Below are positions 46,701 to 60,727 of a DNA stretch of 64,000 nt, piece after piece. The first letter of the stretch is position 1, and every line of letters begins with the position of its first letter. The notes under the pieces are model-generated. The model did not search any database, was not told where the DNA came from, and worked only from the letters and a program-made list of their open reading frames with translations. A program made the translations under genes and the position numbers. The DNA lies in contig OZ281501.1 in the NCBI GenBank assembly GCA_965637545.1, positions 19,158,001 to 19,222,000 of the forward strand. The letters run 5' to 3'. Source of the stretch: Phallusia mammillata. Taxonomy: Eukaryota.

Positions 46701-49700
46701 CTGCTGCGATGCGGAAAGCAAATAACATTTGCCTTGCACGATTATGCAGATACTTTTGCAGCAACTATTGTTGTTAAACTTCGAGTCTTCATCTCGCTTA
46801 AAACAATTCTATTCATTTTCCTGCTAGCAATAATCACAAAGTTTTAATCAGCCTCCAAACGTTGTAGCTGCAGCATCTTCAGTCAATACTCACCAATTGT
46901 GCCCTCCAATATTTTGCGCTCCGTAACTTTTCAACGTTACTCAGCTATTTCCGGCTTGGTAATATTTCAGGTATTTGTGCAATTGCGTCGCTATGTTTTC
47001 TTTCACCAAGCGAAATAAACTCAACTCAACCAAGAACCGAAGGTATATCTAAAGTGTTTATAAAACAACAATAAATCTCTAAATGCAACTTCTGTGCTCA
47101 AAATCACGTGCCACTGACGCAAACTAAACTTTCCGCAGCAATTTCCTCACAAGTCAACATGAAAAGAAGTTGAGTTTGAAAGTGGGTCGATCAGGCACAC
47201 GCCCAATTGAGCGCCACTTTCCACAATAACTGCGCTCCCTTCGTCGTAACAGCCCCGTTGTTTTGACAGCAATAAAAACGTCACTGCCCCAGCAGAAGTA
47301 AACAAATGTTCATCTAATAAGTTGCGACGTCCAACGTAATGACCGCCTTCCCAGTACAGCCACGTATAGCTGTGAGATTATTGCATGCATTATAACTCGA
47401 AGTTGGCGCCAATTATCTGTTTGCACACCCGGGCATTACCCTCCGAAGCCAGGATAATAAACTGGAAGCACAAGCGAAAGTTGTATTTATAGTTTGTCTA
47501 TGGGTCAAATTGTACACTGTATCAATAAGCAACCACAATATTAATAAAATTTCTCATTCAAAATGCGAAAAAATTAAGCCATCTCGTAAAAGTTGTCTGC
47601 ACAAATATGTTTTAATTCGATCCTAATATAGATGAGTGCCGTGTTTTTTTATAAGTTTGGGTTTACTTTCAAGTTAATGGCAAAACATATGCCAAATATT
47701 TTGTAAGACATGTTAAATATGGGAAACCTACTCTTAGATAATACAGCGATGTACTTCAAAGAAACGACTTCACGGTTTAATGATAAAAGATAGCGGTGCT
47801 CGAAATTTAATTTCCTTGACCAACTGCTTTCATACTTTGCATTTTTGTTTTTCAACTTTTCAATATCAGTGAGCGCACCAACCATCAGCCACGTCACAAT
47901 GTTCTTTCACACGCATTCAAGCGGGAAAACCCCAAACAAGCGCGCCAATTTAACTTTCAGCGTTCACATACTTCGCAACAAGATTGTGTTTATGTGATGC
48001 TTGCCAACTGGAAACAAACTAACAAGTTTTATAGCCACGATTCTGCGCCATAATAATTAATATCGTGTGAATTTTGATGCAAGCCCACAAACTAGTTTAT
48101 TGATGGCGACTTTGTGAGAAATCACGCATTCGTAAGATGGACTGCTTTGTTTGGAAGTTAATTATTTCTGACCACTCCGGGTTTTGAGGGCATTCTGCAA
48201 AAATTCACATCTCTACATGCCAAACAAAGCGTCAGATTCAAGCATGTCACCTAAATTTTAATTACGAAAACCAATTGTTTAAAGTCCAATACGTACAGAG
48301 CCTTCGGTGTTGTTTGTGGTGACAAAACAAAATCTCGTCTAATTTTGTTTGATTTAATGTAGTTTTTTTCTCTGTGGATGAAACAATGTCAAGTAGTGCA
48401 GTCCGATTTATAACTTCGTTATCAACAAAATGTCTTGTTTTTAAATAACATTTATAATGCATGAAGAAGTTCTTAGGTTAGAACAATGCGACATAACCAT
48501 ATTACCCAAACTGAGGGAAAACCAAGACGGGATTCGAACCCTTATCCTTGCGATCAGTTACTCAGTAGCGATCACATTATTGCAGACAATCTCAATAGCA
48601 GCGATTAATTTGTGTGGGAAATTGAATCTCCTCCTGTCGTAAAAACGTCGCTCTTGTCTGCACGAAACAGAAGGCGGGCGCCGCTGGTCGGTTACCGGTT
48701 TTGTCGCCGACTTTCCACTGTTGGTGACCGTCTGCCGACCCCTGCTGCAAACAATCACTGTGCATCGGGCGTAATTCGTTTACGAGGCAATTAATGATGG
48801 AAATGTCTCGACTATAAGCGGCGTTGGCGCTTGTCCAACACAAGGGAACAAATGGAGATTGATACATTGCGTTATATAGTGTAATAACAGCTGGTATACG
48901 TTGCTGGGAATGTATATGCATTACCGTACACCACTTTGTTTCTTTATTAGTTTTAATTTTACGCCAATATAAGCCAGTTTATCGAGTTTAAACAGCCGGT
49001 AGATAAAAAGCGGAAAAGCCACATGTTTATCTGTAGCCTACAGTCCCAAATTAAAAGGTTTTGTAAAACAACGAGTATTAATTTCACACCACAACGGTTG
49101 AACGATACTTGGGTTAAATACAAAAAAATATTATTTTTCAATTTTTTAAGCTAATATTCTTGTGGAATTTGCGTTACATCGAGTTACAACAGATGGCATA
49201 TGCTGCAGAAGAAGCATTTACATTACTACATACCACTAATTGTACCGCATTACGACATATAGTTACTTTTACCCTTTTAACATTATAGGTTTTAATATTT
49301 ACGCCTTTATTCCCGCAAAACTAGTTTTTTCGTTGCTTAATTGTTCAGTTCTACTTACATTTCGCAAGTTTGTTCAATGTTACGTGCTGTTTAAAATCGT
49401 TTCACATTAATGCAGGAATTATGCAAAGTGAAAAATCTACACAATCCAAATTCCCAAATTCTCAAAAAAATGCCACATTATAACAAATCACAAAAAGGGG
49501 GGAAGACACCCAACCCTATTTGGTGCGATTGGTTTGAACACACGCAGGCAAGCAGGAGCCGCGAAATCCCACAAACAACCACAGAAAACCACAATATCAG
49601 TATGAGCGACGACGTTACAAGTAAACCGAGACGAAAAAGTGACACAAAGTGATTTTTCTGAATCCTGTTAACTTTTCCTCGCACGCAAACCCGACAATTC

Positions 49701-52145
49701 ACAAATCCAACAACACCGAAATCCAATGAAACTTTCACACGAAGGAATTCGTCGCTTGTCGAGCGCCAGGCGTTGTTGATTTAAGGATTTTCGTGTTACT
49801 GGAGGTTGCAGGAGCTTGTTACAGTAAAACCGACGCGTAGTAAAAACACAAACACGCTTTAATCCCCCAGATTCGAATCCCTACATGGGTGTGAAGGAAA
49901 GAGGCCGTGAGATAATCCAAGCTTGACGAACGTTTGCCAGTCTTACACGGCACGTGTTGATACAGACACCGTTTCTAGAGCATAGGTGCAAAGCATTACA
50001 AACGTTAATACATTTCAGCTATTTCAAACACATACCCTAAAAGTGTAGTTGGTAATTATTTCATTTCATTCTTCTGTCGTGTTTTTCATCCAAACGCCGT
50101 ATAGTTTTAAGTATTGGTTTTAGCTTTTCAGGCCAAGTTTATTCGTACCTGAGTTCAAACTCGGCCATATTTGTGTTGTCATCTCAATTGGTGATTAACA
50201 ACTTTTTGGTCTAAGCTAATTCGGGCTTAATATTTGAAAAATGACTTGGCTTGTTTTTGACCCCTATCCATCTCCCCTGTTCAAATCACAAACCGGTTCT
50301 GAGAGAGTTAAATGTGTCGACAGATGGCAAATAGATATGGCTGTGAAACCCGATCTAACTGCCAAGTCTTTAATGCAAAGTGCAAACAACAACATTTTCG
50401 AAAGGTTCTCACGTTTCGCAAGTTTGCAAATTTTGTGTAACCTGTCCGCAGGAAGGACAAAAAACAAACAATACTAGTGTCAACTAAGCTTGAAAACACA
50501 ATGCAGAGAACTCATTTCAAAAACCTTTCGACTTCTTCAACGTGAAAATGCACCCGCCCAAAGGACGGAGACATACTTAATGCGAGCATTACGGAACAAT
50601 ATATAGGGTAACAATGCCTGTGGCCCGTTTCCATCTTACAACCAAAGAACGTAAGCTACCAATGTTGGACTCCACTGCTCATCGCTGCACTGTGCAAGGG
50701 GGTTTATCCATTAAATATCAAAATATTGCTTCCGTATTTTAATATGAAAGTAAAGAAACTGGATAACCTTAAAGGAGCAATTCTTGTTGGCATCACTTTG
50801 CGATCACAAACGTTTTCCCACCTTCTACTGTATATCCTGGGAACTAATGATTGATCCCTAATCCTTATGTAAAATCCTTGTGTGCATTTGCGACACCTCT
50901 CGCATCCCTGTATAAGAACTCGCGACTTGAAGAATTTTGATCGCATACTGTACAGCCAACCACCCATCCCATACACGTACTGCTAACATGGCTTGGTTTG
51001 GTCGGGAAATGAATTCGCTGCTCGATTCCCGATTCAGCAGAAATGTCTGGAGGTCGGCGACTTATTGAATATTCTTTCGCGGAAAGTCATCCATCATGGA
51101 ATGGTTGAACCACGGACGAACGCCCGATGGTTGGAACAAACATACAGAACTCTGAGGGGGTATTTGCTGGAGGGTTCATGTGAGGGAAAAACATTGACTC
51201 AGCTATTGTTAAGGAGCAGGTGCTTGAATATCGAAACTCTGATCAGCACGTTCTGAATGTTTATTCTTTGTCTGGGTTTTTGCTTGTGTTTTTCTCAGGC
51301 GAAATTGTTTTTACGCGGGGCTTGCGGATTTGCGGATTCGCCAGAGGTCGAGAATTTGAAACCTTGCTATGGAATATTTGAAACCTAAGGGTTTTCGTCA
51401 GACGCATGGATACATCATATATATATCAATTAAAGATGAATAAAAATTCATACGGGGATCAGTCGTGAAGCGTCTATATGCAGACCAGTAATCACGACGC
51501 ACTCTTATATAAATTATAGTACGCCAGGCCTACTGAAAGCGTGATACCGAATCAATTCGGTAGTATATGTCACTTTATGCGACGTACCAGTAAAACACAA
51601 TAGTTTAAACAGCAATTATGAACATCGATTGAAACACATCTCATTTACCACCTTTGCGTTCGTTTCAATCCTTCCGAAAGAATTGGACATTTGTGATCAC
51701 AATTCAACGGTATAACAACAAAACTTGAAACAAAATACAAACTTCTGTTTGCAACGAACTGCAGACAGACATTTCAGACCGTAAACACTGATGAAACCAA
51801 TCGCTTATAAACACTCTGACATCAAGGCACAAGATATCTTGTCTGGCTGCAACTTTCATTCTGTAATCCTATCAAACGCGTAACTCTTGATCAACCAACT
51901 GCAGACGTCTACATCGAAGTCAGACACAGGTTCCGCAAACACAAGAGGTCGGCCCTGAACATACACAAGCTTATTGTCCTGATGTGATGAACGCGACAGA
52001 TTGCAAATCTACTCCGCTTGTTTCTGTCTGGTTGAAAACCTTCAGTAAATATTCAACATCACGTACCTCATGTCTGTCCAACCAATATTTCTTGATACAG
52101 GGTTTACACACGGCCAGAACAAACGTAAAAAGGGACATGCCTTTT

Positions 52146-52187
52146 GTTCAAATGTTTCGGCAAATTTCTATGTCATCATCAGTGAAC
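52146..52187 (-). ncRNA. Minimal type-I hammerhead ribozyme motif (both core strands intact)
   Basis: GTTCA-CTGATGA-T-GACA-TAGAAATT-TGCC-GAAA-CATT-TGAAC: perfect 5-bp stem I, one stem II mismatch, G16.2>A. Confidence 0.6.
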
Positions 52188-55100
52188 TCGTAGCTCGTAC
52201 CTCATGTCTGAGTAACTAATACTTCTTCAACAAGGCGTTTTTGATTTATAACGCAATACTCCTTTTATATCACCTGACCAAGGTCTAAATTATATCACTC
52301 AATAAAAGTATGGATCACATTAGGTTGGACTCCAGTCATATCAAGATTAAACAAGCACAAGCCACGCACTTCTGGAATCGAACACGAAATAATTTCCATC
52401 TGTTAAGCAAAGACTTCACGATTTATAGCAACGTTAAACTCCCACTACAAGTTGTCAACTCCATCGTCTGTTTTTGAGCAAATTTCGTGAAACATCGATT
52501 ACCTAAACCGCAAGAACTCGTCCATTAGCTAAAAGCTAAACCTCTAACAGCAAAACACGCAACCTCATTAGCGAATGCAGCTTGCATACAGAAATCGCCT
52601 AAAAACTGCCCGACAACTAAAACGTTTGACTGAACAGAAAATCTTTTCAGACAGCAAACTTAGTAGGTAAACAATCACACTACAAAAACAAGTTCATTTC
52701 TGCACAAAGACAGCAAAACGTCCGTACTAAATCACCACTTGTAGCCCGATTAGCTCTGCTTAGTGCGAACATGAGTTCTTTTCATTGTACTCATTGCAAA
52801 TATGCAAGAAAGTTCTTCGATGTCCTCATATACAAGAGCCCTGAGTAATTCACGAATTGCAGCCAACTCGCATTTTCAAGTTCTCTTGCGTTGAACCTCC
52901 CTCGCTCACTCACATATAGTAAAAATATTCAACATTGCACAAGTATACCAGGAACTGCTTTCGCACTTCCAATTTACATTTTGTTTAGCAAAACTTTTAA
53001 AGTCTGCATAAATTCAAAAAAACTATTGTAAAAACCCCAGCCGTAACAAAATCAACCGATGAACCAGCATAACGTATCTCTACCTTATATATAATCCTAC
53101 ACTGTCCGCCAGAACTTTGCGTATTCAGGCCCTTTCACTTCCTATACCTCACACACTGTTAAAGTTTCCAGTGCAGTGCGATGTTTATGCGTCGCAACTT
53201 TGCGTCCATTAGCGCTTGGAAGTCGGGCTGGAGTGAAATCCTGATCCAACCAACGGTTAATCCACACAGTGCTATCACGTGAGAAGAGATCAATGCGCGA
53301 TCGAGCGGCCCCTTATTCAGTTTCTCTACCACCGTGATGGCTGAGCCGCGCGGGGTAATAGAATCTTTCAACAAACCCGGGGCACAAATAACAACTCGAG
53401 CATCTTGTGATGTAACAATGCTCTGTTACCTGGTTAAGATGCTCGCGCGCTTTTTGTGAATAGTAATCGAACGCCGATTGGCACATGTACAACGGGGCCT
53501 GGAAATAGAAGCTAATGTTTGTGAGTCGAAGCGTCTAATGGCCTGATAACACGTAACCCTAGAAGTTTGAGAATATCTGCAATGGAGTTTGCTAACCAAC
53601 AAACTGGACTCCGTTTTTGATGCTTGTTTCGTATTCTTCAACACAATTTCATGTTACATAATTCCTGATGTTACCACAAAGCTACGCCAATGAACATGTT
53701 TGTGCGTTTAAACAGCGATTTTAAACGATTCTTTCGCATCCATTCAAACGTTTTTACCAAAATATCTCACTTGTCTTGACAATAAGCAAAGGCGTATTAA
53801 CTTTGCATTGGATGATTGCACATATCTGGTCCGTAGACTGCCTTTCGTCTGCAATTCAAACGATAAATGATTGCAGTCTTGTATAAGAATCGTATTTACA
53901 GACCTATGTAAAATTGGATAAACCAGAGATTGTTTGTTTTCGTTTTACCAGTAAATTTGTGGTAGCGATTACTTCAAAATGTATTCACAATTTTACGAGC
54001 GGATTATGTCTCGAGTATACAATACGTTCAATCATCAGCTAAGTTGGTTTTATTGTAACTTATCCGCAACCCTAACACGTTGTGCTGCTTCACCAAACAT
54101 GGAAGAAGAACTTCCACAAATTCCAGAACGTTGACTAACAAACGTCTGCTAACTTAACCGTGACTCACCTATACAACTTGCTTTCCACTCCATCATACAG
54201 GCTGCACTAATCCGTTCCACCAGAATTAAACATGACAAATGGTGATTTACAGATCTATTCAACATTCTCGTGTACATTTCAAGCGCGTTAGTAAATACAC
54301 GGTTTTTAAGTATAGGATCAAGTATAACCAAGAAATGCTGTGTTGTTAAGTGATAAGTTAGATAATTACTTTGCTGTAATGTTGCCTGCTACATAAAACT
54401 CAGATTTGCAGATCAACTTAACATTCTCGCGATATAAAATACCACAAATATAACTGCAGATTATGTTGTGACGCCTAATCACAATAATTTGGGCACGATG
54501 CAATTAAAAAATGAAGGCCTTTTTCATTGTTTCAAAAGCACAAAAATATAAACCAGTTATCTACAAGTTTTTACATCAAGTACAACCCCATGTTGATTCC
54601 TAACCTTTCAAATTCCCGAATTGAAACACGATCCCGCAATTGCCATCTGCAATCCATTTTCTCTCTGCGTTAAAATGCCGCTGAAACCTTTAACTCCGCG
54701 CTGCACCATCAAGTTCTCGTATAGTGGCAGCTAAATTGAAGTGGCTCGATCGTAATTCAATAGATTCTTGTGGAAGCTTTTTACCATAATCAATGCGCTC
54801 TGTCATTATGCAGTGAGCTATGTGTCCTTATCTCAACCTGTCCAAGATCGAAAACAATGCTAAAATATTCCTTCTTATTTGTTTTGTTGCCAAAAAATAT
54901 TTTAACCAATAGTCTGAAATATATTTAAAGCAAGTTGTTCATCCTTATGCACTCCAGATATGTATATTTGTGACATCTTCGGTATCTAAAGGCAAGCGCA
55001 AATCTATCAATTGGTGAAACACACATAAAAATTCAATTTTTCAAAGTTTACCATGCTGTATTAACCAAGTATCTTTTGAAATGTGTTTTTCATATTCAGT

Positions 55101-55346
55101 ATTTGCCAAAAATGCAGAATATTTTGTGTTTACACGTCATGTTTTTTTGCAGTTTAGATCGATGTCATACGACTGCCAAGGACAGGAGTAAGCGGTCGAT
55201 ATCACACAATCTGGGCTCAGCGTAAAAACATCATTAGCTGAACATCACACAAGTTCAACAAATATTTCGCTTGAAACTTCTTTGCTTGCAACACATCCTC
55301 ATTCCAGCTGATGGGCTTTAAAGGTTGGTTATTTTTGTGTTTTAAA

Positions 55347-57523
55347 CAGTGGCGGCTCGTGCCTAAAATTTGTGGGGGTGCTGCCCCCACAAATTTTAGC
55401 CTCTACTGAACATATATAAGTTGGCAATATATTGAAAAGCTACATTTCTAGTTTTCTAGCCACTTGTTTTGTGCAAGTAATACAAATCTTAATTAGCAAC
55501 TCCATTGTGACGTAATTTTTGTTACGCAATAATGTACACGAGTGTCAACAGCAGACGGCATCATTTGCGTATTTTGTTTACTTGCACAGCGACGGGCCAA
55601 ACACAATAACGTTCAGTAATAATGTGAAAAACAAAAACACACGTGGCACAGCTTCGAAACGAAGCGGTTGTAAATACGGTAAAACACAACAGAAATATAG
55701 AAAAAAAATCGATATAAATGAGTCGAAAAAGGTCGAAGTATTTCAGTTCGACAACAAAAATTGACATGTTTCATTTAAGTAAATTTAGTCACAGTCAGCG
55801 TTTTCAACATATTCTATGACACTTCACAGATTATTGTCACACAAAAAAACTAGCCATACAGCTTTTTATTGGTATCATAACTAACAAATTTAATAACCAC
55901 ATTACATTGGTTTCAGAACTTGTTCATTTAAACATCTTTCTTGAATTTTTGTGTGCAGACTATTGATTGTATTTTAGTTTCTTAGCTGCTATAATTGCTG
56001 CTTGCTGTCAAATAGCTTAACATTCATTTTTTAAGTGCAAAACGCCTTCAAGCTTTAAAATTTACAACACTCTCACTTAAATTTAAACCATATTATTAAA
56101 TCTTGTGGTTCCTTTTTCCAACCAAAATGAATCATGAAGTTATAGTTTGGGCATGATAATTGATAGCTTCTTCCTTAATCCCAAATGATAACTAAGAAAC
56201 TGTTTTTCTATTTACTACTATAGCACTGCAAGTGCAAGTCTTTGGGAAATATTGGTGTTCCTCAGAAAAATTGGCATCTTTTTCAGTGTTAAAAAGAACT
56301 GTTTTGCCTTTGAAAGAATCATGGAAACAGCAAAAAGGATTTTTCATCCTAGTAATTTAACTTGTCAAAACATCATCTCTAGATTAATTATTTTCAAAGT
56401 AATCATGAACATCAGATCTACAGAAACATTTTCATTTGAGTAACTAGCTTTTCTTTGTCAACAATAGGATGTGCTTGGTGTCACTATTATCTTGTCTGTA
56501 GAATGTTCATTCTTAAGAAACACTTCCTGTGAAGCAATTTAGCAGCTACTGTTCAGACAAACAGTACATGTCCATTATATCAATACACATGACTGCAATT
56601 GGTTGCAAATACTGTCAACATGGTGTGTTAAGAAAGCCACACTTTAAATTGTCTTCACTCTTTTTTTGTCTTCATTTCAAAATTCCTGTTGCTAGCAGTT
56701 GTTTGTTCTGCATTTGATATTGCCTGAATTTCAGTGAGGCATTTAACTTCACAGTCACAAATTTAATTTTTCTTTGGTAGCATTAGGAACTAAAACTGAG
56801 TATTTCTTGTTGTTGCTTATTCCTGCATGACATTGGAGTAGCAGACGTTTTGTCCCATACTTTCATAAATCTTTTTAATTCAGTTATTTATTATAAAGGT
56901 TAATTGTGACTTTTAAAGGTGTTAGATGACCTTTTTTTTCTTTTTCAAGGTGTTAGATACACTTATTTAATTCAATGATAACTGTAAAAACTGAAACCCA
57001 CTTGCAGTCATCTTAAAAAGTCACGACTAAGTGTCAAACAATAAATTTAATGACAGCAAAATAATTATTTAACTACACTCACTGTCGAACTTAAAAACAC
57101 AGCACACGGGTTTGGCTTTGGAGCTCACTGACGCGAAGCAGACAACACAACCAGCGCTACGTCACGGGAGGGGCTGCGCGAGCCACAGCCCCCTCTCGCC
57201 TATTTCGCCCGGCATGTAGCTTTTCCAAGTGCGCATGCGCACAACTGAAAACGTCATGAAACGTCACGAAACTGGAGCTGCAGCTCCGCCATAGATAACT
57301 TATTATTATTATTATTTTTTTTTTTAAATTTCTTTTAAATAATACAAAATTTTTATTTATTTTATTTTAATAAAAGGCCGAATAATGTTATTCTTAGTAT
57401 ACACTGATCAAACATAAAAACTATATGTAAAGATTGTTTTGTATAACAACTTGGAATAGGAATGTCAAGTAAAAATACTGGGGGTGCTGCAGCTCCGCAG
57501 CCCCCTCGCACGAGCCGCCCCTG
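55347..57523. mobile_element. Non-autonomous hAT element, 2177 bp
   Basis: TIR CAGTGGCGGCTCGTGC / CAGGGGCGGCTCGTGC (15/16). TSD GTTTTAAA at 55339-55346 and 57524-57531. Subterminal GGGGGTGCTGC/GCAGCCCCC motifs. No intact transposase ORF. Confidence 0.88.
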
Positions 57524-60500
57524 GTTTTAAATACTTCTCATAGGTTATTTAACTTCCCCAAAACTTAGATACTAAGCTTATTTAAATCGGTTCAAAACTT
57601 GTGAAAAGCCTTAGAATTGACTCTGGCCTTTAAACTTTGCCAAACAAACCAGAAAACCTCAGCAAATCAATTTTATTCTTTTTAACTGTCTCTAAACTTC
57701 TGAAAGGCTTCAATGCGAAAGCCAAAAGCACGTTGCAACGATGGTTACCAACGCACGCAACATGGCCACAAAATTAAAAATCTTAATACGATTACACGTA
57801 TCGGTGTGAAATGAAGAAATCTTAATATGTTCAAAAATATTCGGGACAAAACTTACACGCTTTGTGTGTGTATGAACATAAATATCAAAAGAGTGAAATG
57901 TGACGATAGTGGCAAAATTTAAATTTGGTTCAACACCAATATTTTTTAACTTGAACCCGACACTGAAGCTCCGCCCGACAACAGTTCTGTCTGTCACATT
58001 TACTTCTTAAACATATCGGTTTAATTCCACAAATACCCAACATACCCGACGTTATCCTCCACTTACATTCCCTGCTTTCCATCCAGCCGCATTTATCATT
58101 AGGGCGTCGTCGGCAGGTTCTGTTGATTGAAGACAGGCGTTGGTGGCGTGCGATTGTGGTCATCAATGATAAGAAGCCTGAGTCTGACGAAAAACCCGAG
58201 CTATGTTGATTGAAATGCCGAGATTACTAATGAGATGATAAATCGGTACACGGCAGGTCGCTTTGCTACTGGGGTTGGGGTTTAAACTTGGCTCGGCTCC
58301 CTCTGAAATATTTACTGAACTGAACCTTCTGCTATGAATAACTGAAAACATTGTCTCAAAAGCGACCAACTGCACTAAAAGTCTGCACAATCTTCAAATT
58401 TAGCAATATGCTATTGACTGCGTTGTAGGGCAACCGTTAAAATGTTGCACTAGATGTTGCATTAGACTGTGTGTTGGTGAATTCCAGCACAAAACTTATG
58501 AATTTGTTAGCTTCTAAACATTTTTGTAATTGGCAAAAACGCCATTTGCGAAAACCACCTTTCAAATTCCGTCATTTTTAAGTCAAGCTCGTAATGTCTT
58601 GACTACAGGCTATTTTTGACAATTTCTTTCTGCGATAAATCGAATTAAAACACAACGTAACGAGCAAAATCAGCCTTAAACTATTCTAACCATTTACGTA
58701 CCACTACACTCCTTACAGATTCTTATCTCATTCGTCTATTTGACTATACAAGGTCATAACATCGTGTTAATTCGCACATCTCTCGGCCAAACCGGCGCCA
58801 ACCAGCTGGTGTCACGTGTTTGTGACGTCAGATCTGTCGTTTCGATATCGGATCTCGTAATTCAGTTTGGTGAAATAATTTTGCATCGTGACATTGATCC
58901 TCTGCTACATATTTCGATGCAAATTCAGTTACTTGCGATGATCGATGGAAAATAAATGAATTTGAATTTTTTAGTGCCGTGCTTCTGCTCGTTCAATATT
59001 GCGACTTTATCCTAGGATTTTATACCACATTCAGAATTTTCCATTAATTTGTGCAAAAAAGGCTACATTTACAAACACAGTATGTTCGGTGTTTGGAAGC
59101 AATTTGGCATGTTTGTTCGGTTATTTTTTTTGCAAAAAGCCCCGGTCATTTTGGTTTAATTAACATCACCTATTAACACTCGTAAACGACAGAGCCAGAT
59201 ATTTTGTTGCAACAAATTTTCCGTCTCATGTGACAAATGCTTAGCAACGGTTGTCAATATGCAGATGGGTGTGTCGTTGAACAAGATTACTACAATGCTA
59301 AAATGGTGTCAAGTGTACCGTAAAAAAATTTACTTTCTGATAACAGACACTAACGCTAAGTAAGCTACAGACAGTGCATATTGTGTCAACATGGTCTATG
59401 CCCTATCACCATCTACACGGATGAGACCTTTTAGTTTAAAACGGTTATCATTTATTGGCTTAATCCTTTTTTCAGCACTGAAACGTTTACATATAAACCA
59501 AAGCTGCAACCTTGCAAGTTTCCCACAATTAAGCTCAAGCACTTTAACGTGTCACACAGAGGTGGCACGTGATCTTATGGCCTTACTCTTACTGACATTG
59601 TATCCATGGTTCTTGTTTGATGGATTTTATCAGGTGAAAGTTTGTAGTGTTTTGACGTCTACCCGATTCATTGTTGAGCGTGGGAACCAACTGTAACGTA
59701 GCGAACTTGATACAAGCGACGCTGTCGTGTGGATAAAGTGAGGTCTCTGTGTGCTAAGGTTGCTTGCAAGGATAATCGGGGACACATATTGCACTAGTTC
59801 GGCTGCACAGATTGCTTGTGATAATGCCAACACCTGCTTAAGTTTTAAAATGACATGTAATTCAGTATCTATGTTCATTCGTTTAAGTGGCTTTCATCAA
59901 AGAAAACTGAAGCGTGATCTCATTAAATCTTAGATTGATTTGTTGATTGTAAAGTTGGTTGCGAATTTCTTGTGGCACGGGCTGGTTGCAAACTGTGTGT
60001 GATTTAAGCAAGCAGGCAAGAAGATGAAAACCAGCATATCGGTACAGGTTGGTATTAAAAGCAGGATAAAACAGTTTGGGGTTGGCTTCAAATTTCTCTC
60101 TGGAAAGATGACGGAAATCTGAACTGAGCAAAAACCTTAAATTGTGTGATCAAAACATTTTAGACCCGGTTTGTAATAACATCAGAAACGGGTAGTCAGT
60201 AGCATCTCGATAAGTAAAAAAAGAACACGAAACAATGATAATCGAACAATATAACGTAGATCGCACATTAGGGTTCGTCAAAATAATAAACGACAATACT
60301 AAAACAACAACAATAACAACAGGTACAACAGCAATAATACAATCACACAACATATCACATGACTAAAAAAATTGAAACGCACGTTTCTTAAGAAGGCAAA
60401 TGCAATAAATAGAAGTCGAAGTCGGTTGAAACAATAAACTCAATACATTCAATCTTAACAAAAACTTGTTGGTATTTTTTGGACCACTTTAGTGAACCGT

Positions 60501-60727
60501 CAAACAGCAAAACGAAAAAAACTCCAGATTGCAAACATCGGTGCATGACACCATGGGTGTTTTAAATATAAAGTTCAGGTTCAGGTTTCTGGCAGTGAAA
60601 TGTACAACATAGGGCTGAATGTAACCAATCACAATCCAACAACTCATCCGTTAGCCACCGTATTGGTTTCTTCCTCAACTTTACTCGAACGCGGTTTTAA
60701 CCCGACTAATTTATCTATATCGCCACC

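Noticed and set aside
51985-52070. GTGATGA as the C box of a C/D snoRNA
   Set aside because: There is no suitably placed CTGA D box, no terminal stem and no recognisable rRNA guide.
54005-54045. CTGATGA...GAGAC hammerhead-like string on the minus strand
   Set aside because: GAAA is absent, stem II is mostly unpaired and there is no stem I.
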